Source of the DNA: Nitrospirota bacterium
GTDB taxonomy: Bacteria; Nitrospirota; UBA9217
Assembly (NCBI GenBank): GCA_963836175.1
Contig: CAWIIS010000008.1
Coordinates: 76,387-140,386 of the forward strand
Reading direction: 5' to 3'
Length of the DNA: 64,000 bases
Position numbers and translations under genes: made by a program
Part shown: piece by piece, positions 47,613-56,641 of the stretch
Numbering within the stretch: the stretch's first letter is position 1
How the letters are laid out: every line of letters begins with the position of its first letter
The notes under the pieces: model-generated
Databases searched by the model: none
What the model saw: only the letters and a program-made list of their open reading frames with translations
What the model was told of the DNA's origin: nothing

Positions 47613-47710
47613 GCAGCCATTCGGTAATGAAATTTCCGGAACAAAAGACGACAAAAAAACTGCCTGACATGGCGCATATCCGGGGAGTATCTGCGGAAAA
47701 CCAAGAAATG

Positions 47711-47739
47711 TTGACAAGGTTTTGGGAGTATGCTATGGT
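47711..47739 (+). promoter_or_regulatory. sigma70 promoter of pal-cpoB
   Basis: TTGACA-17-TATGGT with a TG extension. Confidence 0.55.
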
Positions 47740-47841
47740 GTTTCGATGCCTGTGCAGGTTTTTGCAGGGCGCAGCACTGAGTGCCTCGGATAGTTTCTAA
47801 TCAAAGAGAACTATGATCTGCTACTTAAAGGAGGAATTGCA

Positions 47842-48429
47842 ATGAAGAATCTTTCAAAGAGCAGCACTGTTTTATCCTTTGTACTCATCCTGTTCGTAAG
47901 CATGTTCGCTCTCTGGGGTTGTGCCAAGAGCGCCGAGGTAACGGCCGTGCCCGAAGCGCAGCCTGCGGCTGCCGAAGCTGAACAGTCAGAGGCAGCCAAA
48001 GCTGAAGCACAGGCGCAGGCTGAAAAGGAGCGTACTGCAGCAGAAGCCAGAGCCCGCGAAGAGTCCGAGACCAGTGAACGCGCAGCTGCCGCGGCCGGGG
48101 CTGGCCTCAATGCCGTCTATTTTGACTTCGACCGGTCCTTTATCCGCGATGATGCGCGTCCGGTGATGAAGGCCAACGCAGAATGGCTCAAGGCGAACCC
48201 GAATGCGCAGGTCAGGATCGAAGGGAACTGTGATGAGCGCGGCACCATCGAGTACAACCAGGCGCTCGGTCAGCGGCGCGCCGCAGCAGCCAGGAAGTAT
48301 CTGACGGACCTCGGCATTGCGTCGAGCCGGGTCAAACTTATCAGTTATGGCAAGGAAAAACCGGTCTGCAGCGAGCAGACAGAAGAATGCTGGCAGAAGA
48401 ACAGGCGGGCCGATCTCGTCGCGCGGTGA
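47842..48429 (+). CDS. pal: Peptidoglycan-associated lipoprotein Pal
   Basis: Lipobox LWGC; VYFDFD, IEGNCDERGT.EYN.ALGQRRA, SYGKEKP, NRR. Confidence 0.95.
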   Translation: MKNLSKSSTVLSFVLILFVSMFALWGCAKSAEVTAVPEAQPAAAEAEQSEAAKAEAQAQAEKERTAAEARAREESETSERAAAAAGAGLNAVYFDFDRSFIRDDARPVMKANAEWLKANPNAQVRIEGNCDERGTIEYNQALGQRRAAAARKYLTDLGIASSRVKLISYGKEKPVCSEQTEECWQKNRRADLVAR

Positions 48430-48505
48430 CACCGCAGCAGAATACTCCGCACAGGCGGCACAGAGCGCCGCCTACTTATTCACGACTGATCTTCGAGCGT
48501 TCGCT

Positions 48506-49348
48506 ATGATGACAAAAAAAACAATGACCATCTCCGTTTTCCTTCTCGTGGCAGCCTGTGCGCCCCAGGCCGAGCTTGTAAAGACCCGTTCCGAACTCTC
48601 CGAGGTCCGGACCGGCACCAGGGCCGTTGAGTCTACGGTGCAGGATCTGCAGAAGCGGCTGGCTGCCGTTGAAAAGCGGCTTGAGGCGGCGGAAATGTCG
48701 GCAAAGAGCGCGGGCGACGTGGAAAAGGCCGTGGCCGATGCAGGCGCCCGCTTCGACCAACTCTCAACAGACATCCAACTGGTCCAGGGCAAACTGGAGG
48801 AGAACAATTACCGCATTTCAGACCTTGCGCAGAAGATCGATGATCGCGGGTTTAAGATCTCCGAACTGGCGGCGCGCGTTGACGATCTTGACGCAACGAT
48901 GAAGGCACAGGCCTCCGGCGCAGCGGCCTCCGCGCCTTCGGCAACGGCAAAGGAGCAACGGGCGGCAAGGGTCGAGCCTTCCGAAGCCTACCGCCAGGCC
49001 AAAGGAGATTACGATAAAGGCAATTTCGAACTCGCGCTCGCCGGATTCCAGAACTACCTCGTGCAATTCCCCGATGCAAGCCAGGCAGACAATGCCCAGT
49101 ACTGGATCGGCGAATGCCACTATTCACTGAAGGAATTCAAGAAGGCCATTGAGGCCTTTGCCATGCTTATCAACACCTACCCCAAGAGCGACAAGGTGGC
49201 CGGAGCAAGGCTCAAGATCGGCCTGTCCTATCTGAGCCAAAAGAACAACGCAAAGGCCAGGGAAGCACTGAACAAGGTTGTTGCAGAGCATCCCGGCACC
49301 AAGGAGGCCGATATCGCAAAGAGCCGGCTCCAAAAACTCGGAAAATAG
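48506..49348 (+). CDS. cpoB: Tol-Pal protein CpoB/YbgF
   Basis: Lipoprotein-like signal, coiled coil, TPRs ADNAQYWIGE, YPKS.K...A.LK.G; follows pal. Confidence 0.88.
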   Translation: MMTKKTMTISVFLLVAACAPQAELVKTRSELSEVRTGTRAVESTVQDLQKRLAAVEKRLEAAEMSAKSAGDVEKAVADAGARFDQLSTDIQLVQGKLEENNYRISDLAQKIDDRGFKISELAARVDDLDATMKAQASGAAASAPSATAKEQRAARVEPSEAYRQAKGDYDKGNFELALAGFQNYLVQFPDASQADNAQYWIGECHYSLKEFKKAIEAFAMLINTYPKSDKVAGARLKIGLSYLSQKNNAKAREALNKVVAEHPGTKEADIAKSRLQKLGK

Positions 49349-49672
49349 CGTTGTTCAGCGCTCGTTTTTTTTCGGGACCGCCAACCTCTCATCCCGTCCT
49401 CTCACAATAGAGCAGTAAATGCTACCATCGTAGTACCAGAGACGCTCCACTCATCCTTTTTCAGCTGATGTACCCTTAATTATCGTTCTGTTTTCTTTGT
49501 GTATGTGGCGCGGTCATTTCAACGTGGTCATCCCTACCATCGGAAATCACAGCGCTATAATAAAAACGAGCAACGTGGTTTCATTAAGTCCGGTCGCTGT
49601 AGCATATCATTTAGACATCGAAGCACAGGCTTCAGCCAATCATCGAACCGACTGATATACAATGGAAAAATA

Positions 49673-49689
49673 TTGGCACGGGATATGCT
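49673..49689 (+). promoter_or_regulatory. sigma54 (-24/-12) promoter of the copper ATPase operon
   Basis: TTGGCACGGGATATGCT: GG-N10-GC with a TGGCACG core, about 55 nt before the ATG. Confidence 0.7.
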
Positions 49690-49742
49690 GCTTTTAAAAC
49701 ATGAAAGCGCGACGTTAATCTGTCCGGCGTCGGGAGGAAGCG

Positions 49743-52154
49743 ATGAAGGTCAAAGATCCTGTATGCGGAATGACTATAGAAGATTCCGATGCCGCAGCCA
49801 CATCAACGTATAAAGGCATGACCTATTATTTCTGCTCACCATCCTGTAAACAGGATTTTAAAAAATATCCGGAATCGTACATCGTTGTAAAAGGCGGACC
49901 TTCCATCAAAACCGACGAGCCGCAGCCCGTGCACGTGTTCACCTGCCCCATGCACCCAGAGGTTCGACAACCAGGACCGGGATCCTGTCCCAAGTGCGGT
50001 ATGGCACTCGAACCGGTTGAGCCGATTATTGCTTCATCCAAAACAGAGTGGACCTGTCCCATGCATCCGGAGATCGTGCGCGACGCGCCGGGAAGCTGCC
50101 CGATCTGCGGGATGGCGCTGGAGCCGAGAACGGTCTCTCTTGAGGAAGAGGAGAACCCCGAACTTATCGATATGACCAGGCGGTTCAGGATCAGTACAGT
50201 TCTCACGATCCCCCTGGTGTATATCGCAATGGGCGGCTACATCCCCGCGATCTCGCCTGAGAAGTTCATTCCCATGGAGATGCTGAAGTGGATGGAGCTG
50301 ATCCTGGCGACCCCGGTTGTCCTGTGGGGCGGCTGGCCGTTCTTCGTGCGAGGGTGGAAGTCGATCGTTACCTGGAACCCTAACATGTTCACCCTGATCG
50401 GCCTCGGCGTGGGTGTTGCCTACGGATACAGCATCGTCGCCGCTCTGTTCCCGCAGATTTTTCCCTCCTCCTTCCGGGGGAAAAGCGGCGAAGTGGGGTC
50501 CTACTTCGAGGCTGCTGCCGTTATTACAACGCTCGTGCTTCTGGGCCAGGTCCTGGAACTTCGGGCACGGAGCAAGACGGGGGCCGCGATCAAAGCCCTG
50601 CTCGGGCTTGCGCCGAAGACCGCGCGCCGCGTGAAGGACGAAAAGGAAGAGGATGTTCCGCTGGATCAGGTGCATGCCGGCGATCTCCTGCGTGTTCGGC
50701 CAGGTGAAAAGGTCCCCGTGGACGGCACTGTAGTAGAGGGAGCCAGCAGCGTGGACGAATCCATGATCACCGGCGAACCGATTCCCGTTGAAAAACATGC
50801 AGGCGACCGGGTTGTCGGCGCCACCGTGAACGGGACAGGCTCGCTCATCATGAGGGCCGAGAAGGTGGGGTCTGAGACGCTTCTTGCGCAGATCGTGCAC
50901 ATGGTGGCCGAGGCCCAGCGGAGCCGGGCGCCGATCCAGAAGCTGGCGGATATCATCGCCGGGTATTTTGTCCAGATCGTGGTCGCAATCGCAATTGTCA
51001 CCTTTATTATCTGGGCCTGGGTCGGGCCCGAGCCCCGCTTTGTCTACGCGCTGGTGAATGCGGTAGCGGTGCTGATCATCGCCTGCCCCTGCGCACTGGG
51101 GCTCGCGACGCCCGTGTCCATCATGGTCGCCATGGGCAAGGGCGCCACAGGCGGCGTGCTGTTCAAGAACGCCGAAGCCATCGAGCTGATGCGAAAAGTA
51201 GACACTCTTGTCGTGGACAAGACCGGAACGCTTACGGTGGGGAAGCCGCAATTGAATGCGGTAGTGTTCAAACGACGGATACGACGAGAAGTCGCTGCTC
51301 CTGTACGCATCGAGCATTGAGCGAGGCAGCGAACATCCCCTTGCGGCAGCCATCGTGGCCGGCGCACAGGAAAAAGGCGTAACGCCTAAGAATGCAGAGG
51401 ACTTCCAGTCTAAGACCGGTAAAGGAGTTGTCGGAAAAGTGGACGGTCATGTTGTCGCGCTTGGTAACCGCGCACTGCTCGATGAGCTTCGGATCGATCC
51501 TGGCGGATTATCCATGAAGGCCGAGGACCTGCGGAAGGACGGCCAGACGGTGATGTTCGTGGCCGTGAACGGAAAAGCGGCTGGCCTCCTGGGAGTAGCC
51601 GATCCGATCAAGGAAACAACGCTCGAAGCAATTAGAGCTCTTCATGACGACGGAATCCGTATTGTGATGCTCACGGGCGACAACAGGACCACCGCCGAAA
51701 CGGTGGCGAGAAAGCTGGACATTGACGACGTGGTCGCCGAAGTACTGCCGGACCAGAAAGCAGATGTCGTGAAGCGGTTCCAGAGCGAAGGACGGTTTGT
51801 GGCAATGGCAGGCGACGGCATCAACGACGCACCGGCTTTGGCCCAGGCCCAGGTCGGCATAGCCATGGGAACCGGCACGGATGTGGCCATGGAGAGCGCA
51901 GGAGTGACGCTGGTGAAAGGCGATCTCAGAGGAATCCTGCGGGCGCGGCTCTTCAGCAGGGCCACAATGAAAACATCAAGCAGAACCTCTTCTTCGCCTT
52001 TGTGTATAACGCTCTCGGCATCCCCGTTGCGGCGGGAGTGCTCTACCCGTTCTTCGGCATCCTTCTCAGTCCGATCTTCGCCGCGGCAGCCATGAGCTTC
52101 AGCTCCGTGTCGGTGATCGGGAACGCCCTAAGGCTTCGTGGGACAAAAATTTAA
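49743..52154 (+). CDS. copA: Cu(I)/Ag(I)-translocating P1B-type ATPase with YHS and two CPMHP metal-binding domains; frameshifts near 51270 and 51970
   Basis: KDPVCGM/YFCS, TCPMHP..CPKCGM twice, [29 protein letters not shown]...P, AMS.SS. Confidence 0.92.
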
Positions 52155-52159
52155 TAGAG

Positions 52160-52555
52160 ATGAATACAGTATCATATATCTCATTTCTGCTTATAGTATT
52201 ACTCGTGTCTCTTACCGGGTGGGCCCAGGAAGAACATCACAAGCGTGAGCAGCACGGGCACCCGGAATACGCAAAGATCAAAAATCCAATTACAAAGACA
52301 GAAAAATCTGTCGCCGAAGGCAGAAGGCTCTATGAGAAGCATTGCATAGCCTGTCATGGAGAAGCAGGAAAAGGGGGCGTAGGCCCTGATCTAACGGTCC
52401 CGAGCCGGATTCACGGCAGCACTGACGGCGAGATGTTTCATGTTATTGCAGACGGCGTAGTAGGAACGGCCATGAAAGGGTTCGGGAACGATCTCTCGGA
52501 CGAGATGCGGTGGCATCTTGTTAATTACATTACCAGTCTGAGAAAAAGCAAATAA
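52160..52555 (+). CDS. Periplasmic monoheme cytochrome c
   Basis: Signal peptide, His-rich N-terminus, CIACHG, distal Met (GTAM.GF), W.LVNYI. Confidence 0.88.
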   Translation: MNTVSYISFLLIVLLVSLTGWAQEEHHKREQHGHPEYAKIKNPITKTEKSVAEGRRLYEKHCIACHGEAGKGGVGPDLTVPSRIHGSTDGEMFHVIADGVVGTAMKGFGNDLSDEMRWHLVNYITSLRKSK

Positions 52556-52623
52556 ATAAGTATGCAGGAAAAAAAGCGATATACTTGATGTATCTTTTCA
52601 CCCTAAAAAAGGAGGAACTAATC

Positions 52624-53055
52624 ATGCAAAAGATTCTGGTAGTGACCGCATTGGCACTTGCTTTGGCGGCGGCGACGGCATTTGCCCAAATGGGCGGTGG
52701 CGGCGGAATGGGCGGTAAACAGCAGCCGGGCGGGATGATGGGTTCCCAGCAGTCCCAGCAGATGATGGGCAGTCAGATGATGAGCCAGGAGATGATGCGC
52801 GACATGTCCGGCATGATGAAGCAGATGAACGAAACGATGCAGAAAATGTCCCATGCCATGGAGCACAAGACCGTTACGGACCATGCCATGATGCAGGACA
52901 TGGGCAAGATGATGCGCGAGATGTCGGGGCAGATGAACGAGATGGCAATGCACATGGAGCAGGGGAAGATGGACCAGGGCACGGTCAAGAAGATGCATGA
53001 AAATTTGCAGATGATGAACCAAAAACTGGATGCAATGCAGAAGAGCGCTAAATAA
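52624..53055 (+). CDS. Exported Met-rich helical protein (probable Cu/Ag binder)
   Basis: GGAGG RBS, signal ending AFA-Q, about 32 Met and 5 His in about 122 mature residues, no Cys. Confidence 0.75.
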   Translation: MQKILVVTALALALAAATAFAQMGGGGGMGGKQQPGGMMGSQQSQQMMGSQMMSQEMMRDMSGMMKQMNETMQKMSHAMEHKTVTDHAMMQDMGKMMREMSGQMNEMAMHMEQGKMDQGTVKKMHENLQMMNQKLDAMQKSAK

Positions 53056-53139
53056 AAAATGCAACGACCGCTGAATGGCCAGAGAGGCCGGAAAGACTCT
53101 TGTCAGAGAAAGCCCGGAAGGAATGCATCCGGAGGTTTT

Positions 53140-53889
53140 GTGAGCAGGGCGCGGGATTACTTCCCAGCCGTTCACGGGGTCGTTGCACTGCTGCTTATTT
53201 TATTGTCGCCGCTTGCAGCCGGTGCGGAGGAGGGGCGTTCCTATCTCGAAATGAGCGGCGGGTATAAGACGGGAGATTTCGGCACGCCGACGAGGTCGGA
53301 ACTGTACTACGTCTCACCGACGCTTGGCTACGTGGCGCCGCGATATGATTTGAGTATAGCTGCTCCTTATCTGTTTCTGGCAAACAAGACAGATATCGAG
53401 ACAACATCTGAGAGCGGTATCGGCGATGTCATCCTGCGGGGCGGCAGGGTGTTTGTGCCCGAAGGTGACGGCGGTTTTTCACTCGATGGAGCACTGGCAG
53501 TGAAGCTGCCGACCGCCGACGAGAAAAAGGGGCTGGGCACGGGTGAGACGGATTACGGAGCATTTTTAAGTGTGCATCAACGCTTTGATAAAACCAGGCT
53601 GTCTTTGCTTTCGGGGTACATAAAAGTCGGCGATTCTCCGTCGGTGAACTATAACGACATTTACCTTTATGGCTTTGGAATAGCGCGTGTCTTCGGCAAC
53701 ACCGAAGTGTATGCCGCGTACGAAGGCAGGCGGGCAATGGTTCCCGGCTTCAAAAATCCGCAAGAGATCAATGTCGGATTTTTTCATGTTCTGAACCAGG
53801 ACTACGCGATTAAAGGCGGCGCTTTTTCCGGCCTGAACAACGGCAGCCCTGATTTCGGCATGAATTTCGGAGTCGTAAGATGGTTTTAG
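53140..53889 (+). CDS. Outer-membrane beta-barrel protein (start uncertain)
   Basis: Signal peptide, SGIGDV, VKLPTAD..KGLGTGETDY, C-terminal aromatic residue (RWF). Confidence 0.7.
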   Translation: MSRARDYFPAVHGVVALLLILLSPLAAGAEEGRSYLEMSGGYKTGDFGTPTRSELYYVSPTLGYVAPRYDLSIAAPYLFLANKTDIETTSESGIGDVILRGGRVFVPEGDGGFSLDGALAVKLPTADEKKGLGTGETDYGAFLSVHQRFDKTRLSLLSGYIKVGDSPSVNYNDIYLYGFGIARVFGNTEVYAAYEGRRAMVPGFKNPQEINVGFFHVLNQDYAIKGGAFSGLNNGSPDFGMNFGVVRWF

Positions 53890-54063
53890 ATTAACTTCAT
53901 CATCACCATCCTGCCGGAACTGCTCAAAACCGTTCTGTATTCTGTTGTATGAAATACTACACTTCTTTGAGCAGACGCTTCAAACTTGAATTACTCTCCC
54001 TCGGATTTCACCTCTATTCTTCTGATTTTATTATATAATCTAAACATTATCTATTCGTGCTTT

Positions 54064-54080
54064 TTGGCGCACGCCTTGCT
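54064..54080 (+). promoter_or_regulatory. sigma54 (-24/-12) promoter of cusCBA
   Basis: TTGGCGCACGCCTTGCT: GG-N10-GC with a TTGC -12 element; AT-rich upstream tract. Confidence 0.65.
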
Positions 54081-54104
54081 ATAGTATTAGACAGGAGGCA
54101 CGCA

Positions 54105-55353
54105 ATGCGGAACCTGGTATATGTATTTATTTTTTTGATAGTTTTCCTGCCCATAAACGCTCCATCCCAGGAGGTCGGTGTTACACTCAAGGACCTGGAG
54201 CAGGAGGCGCTGAATAATAATCCCGAGATCGGCATGGCCGGGAAAAAAGCCGAGGCTGCCGAAGAACGGAAGTCGCTCGCTTCCGCCATGCCGGACCCCA
54301 TGGTAGGCGTCATGATCCAGAATGTCGGCGCTCTCGGCATCTCGACCGTGGGCAAGGAAGAAATGAGCATGCAGGGTGTGGTGTTCACGCAGGAGATCCC
54401 GTTCCCTGGCAAGCTTTCCACCAAGGGCAGGGCTGCCGCAAAAATGGCGGGGCGTGAGCAGGAAAATTCCCGGGAGACCAGGCTCAGGGTGCTGAACAAT
54501 TTGAGGACCGCTTACTATGAGTACTTCCTGGCGTACCGGTCCGCGGAGATCCTGAATGAGACCAAGGAACTCATGAAAAACTTTCAACGCATCGCCGAGA
54601 CCCGCTATGCGACCGGGCAGGGCATGCAGCAGGACGTGCTCAGGGCGCAGCTCGAGGTTTCCATGCTTCTCGACAAGATCGCCGAAGAGGACCGGAAAAA
54701 AGAGACCCAGGCCGCGCATGATCAACAGTCTTATCGGCCGGAACCCGCTGGCGCCCCTGGGAAAGCCCGCAGAACCGCCCCGCCGTGCACTGACCAAAAG
54801 CCTGGATGAAATGGCTGCCCGGGCCCAGGCCCATTCACCGATGCTCAAGGGCAAGCAGCAGATGGTCGAGCAGGGCGAGGCGGAGCTGTCGATGAGCCGC
54901 AGGGAATATCTGCCCGACATGGTGGTGTCCGCCGGTATGTTCACGCGGGGAGATTATAAAGATGTCTGGCAGGCAAGCCTGATGCTCAAAGTCCCGCTCT
55001 ATTTCTGGAACAAGGCCACGGGCGTCAAAGCCGCGAACGCCGACCTGCATGCGGCACGGTACGAGTATGAGGCGGAGAAACTTGCGACCCTGGCCCGCAT
55101 GCGCGACCTCTACGCCATGGTGAACACCGCGGAGCACCACCTCCACTTGTACGAATCCGGGATCATTCCCCAGGCACGGCTGGCGCTCCAGTCCGCCTCG
55201 TCGAACTACCAGGTGGGAAAGACCGATTTTCTATCGCTGCTTGAGTCGGAGAACATGCTGCTCAAATACCAGCTCATGGAACAGGAGGAGCTGGTGAACC
55301 TAAGCAAGGCCCAGTCCATGCTCGGGGAGATCACGGGGGAAGAACATGAGTAG
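54105..55353 (+). CDS. TolC-family outer-membrane factor of a heavy-metal RND system (CusC-like); frameshift near 54715
   Basis: ALNNNPEI, PDP, QEIPFPGKL, YATGQG.QQDVLRAQ.E, YQVGK.DFL.LL. Confidence 0.85.
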
Positions 55354-55355
55354 GA

Positions 55356-55390
55356 ATTTCGGATTGCGGATTTCGGATTTCGGATTGAGG
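55356..55390. repeat. Heptamer array (ATTKCGG)x4 plus ATTGAGG
   Basis: ATTTCGG ATTGCGG ATTTCGG ATTTCGG ATTGAGG; the last unit overlaps the GAGGAG RBS. Confidence 0.85.
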
Positions 55391-55396
55391 AGCGTA

Positions 55397-56503
55397 ATGC
55401 GGGTAATTATGATTGCTCTCTGCGTATGTCTGTATAGTTTGCCGGGTTTTTCCCAGGATCATGCCGGGCATCAGCAGGGCCAGGGTGCGGGTGAAAAAAA
55501 ACAAACGGAAAAAACGCCTGTCATCACGCTCACGCCCGACAAGGTGCAGCTCATCGGTGTGCGCACCGCGGTTGCCGCGTACCGCTCGCTGGACAAGCAG
55601 ATCCGCACGGTCGGCAAGGTGGAGGTCGATGAGACCAGGCTCGCTTTTGTGAACACAAAGGTCTCGGGATGGGTAAAAAAACTGTACGTGAATTTCACCG
55701 GCGACCGGGTCGAGAAAGGCCAGCCGCTGCTTTCGATCTACAGTCCCGACCTCGTGACCGCCCAGGAAGAGTATCTCCTGGCGCTGCGGTCCCGGTCGAC
55801 CGGCACGGGCGACCTTCCGGAAGTGGAAGCGTCGCAGCAATCATTGATCGAATCAGCGAAGCGGCGGCTGCTCTTGTGGGACATCTCGCCCCGGCAGATC
55901 GAGGAGCTCGAAAAGGCCGACAGGCGACAGACCGAAATGACCATCGAGGCGCCGCTGAGCGGCATTGTGCTCGAAAAAATGGTGCTCGACGGCGCCTACG
56001 TCACTTCCGGCATGAACCTGTACAAGATCGCGGATCTGTCCCGGGTCTGGATCATCGCCGATATCTATGAATACGAGGTCCCCCTGGTGAAGCTCGGGCA
56101 GAAGGCGCGGGTGACCCTGCCGTACTCCCCGAACGAAGCATTGCACGCCGAGGTGAGCTATATTTACCCGGTGCTCGATCCCATGACGAGAACAGTCAAG
56201 GTGCGCATCGCGGTGAACAATCCCGGACTGGTCCTCAAGCCGGACATGTTCACCAACGTGGAGATCAGGGTCGCCTCGGGGTCGCGGCTCGTCATTCCCC
56301 GGGAAGCGGTGATCGATTCCGGAACCCGCCAGATCGTGTATGTGGAGACAAAGCCCGGCACGTACGAGATGCGCGCCGTGACGCTCGGCGTGCGCGGTGA
56401 GAATGACGTCGAGGTGGTCAAAGGCATCAAGAAGGGCGAACGCGTCGTGACGTCCGGCAATTTCCTGATCGACTCCGAAAGCCAGCTGAGGAGCGGACAA
56501 TGA
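55397..56503 (+). CDS. cusB: Heavy-metal RND periplasmic adaptor (CusB-like); alternative start 55346
   Basis: GWVKKLY, IYSPDL..AQEEYL, IADLS.VW, TRTVKVR, LKPDMF, GNFLIDSES.L. Confidence 0.9.
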   Translation: MRVIMIALCVCLYSLPGFSQDHAGHQQGQGAGEKKQTEKTPVITLTPDKVQLIGVRTAVAAYRSLDKQIRTVGKVEVDETRLAFVNTKVSGWVKKLYVNFTGDRVEKGQPLLSIYSPDLVTAQEEYLLALRSRSTGTGDLPEVEASQQSLIESAKRRLLLWDISPRQIEELEKADRRQTEMTIEAPLSGIVLEKMVLDGAYVTSGMNLYKIADLSRVWIIADIYEYEVPLVKLGQKARVTLPYSPNEALHAEVSYIYPVLDPMTRTVKVRIAVNNPGLVLKPDMFTNVEIRVASGSRLVIPREAVIDSGTRQIVYVETKPGTYEMRAVTLGVRGENDVEVVKGIKKGERVVTSGNFLIDSESQLRSGQ

Positions 56504-56508
56504 GTTCA

Positions 56509-56631
56509 ATTGCGGATTTCGGATTGCGGATTGCGGAATGAAAATCTTCGGAGGCAGAAATATGCAAACGAATGGGTCTCTCTATTTGTTTTTTGGGGTT
56601 AATCCGCAATTCGCAATCCGCAATCCGCAAT
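56509..56631. repeat. Inverted heptamer array (ATTGCGG)x4 - about 65 nt - (TCCGCAA)x4
   Basis: Read directly between cusB and cusA. Confidence 0.9.
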
Positions 56632-56641
56632 GGTACATACC

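Noticed and set aside
31698-47841. Integrative element or prophage between tolB and pal
   Set aside because: No integrase, transposase, phage gene, tRNA or flanking direct repeat seen
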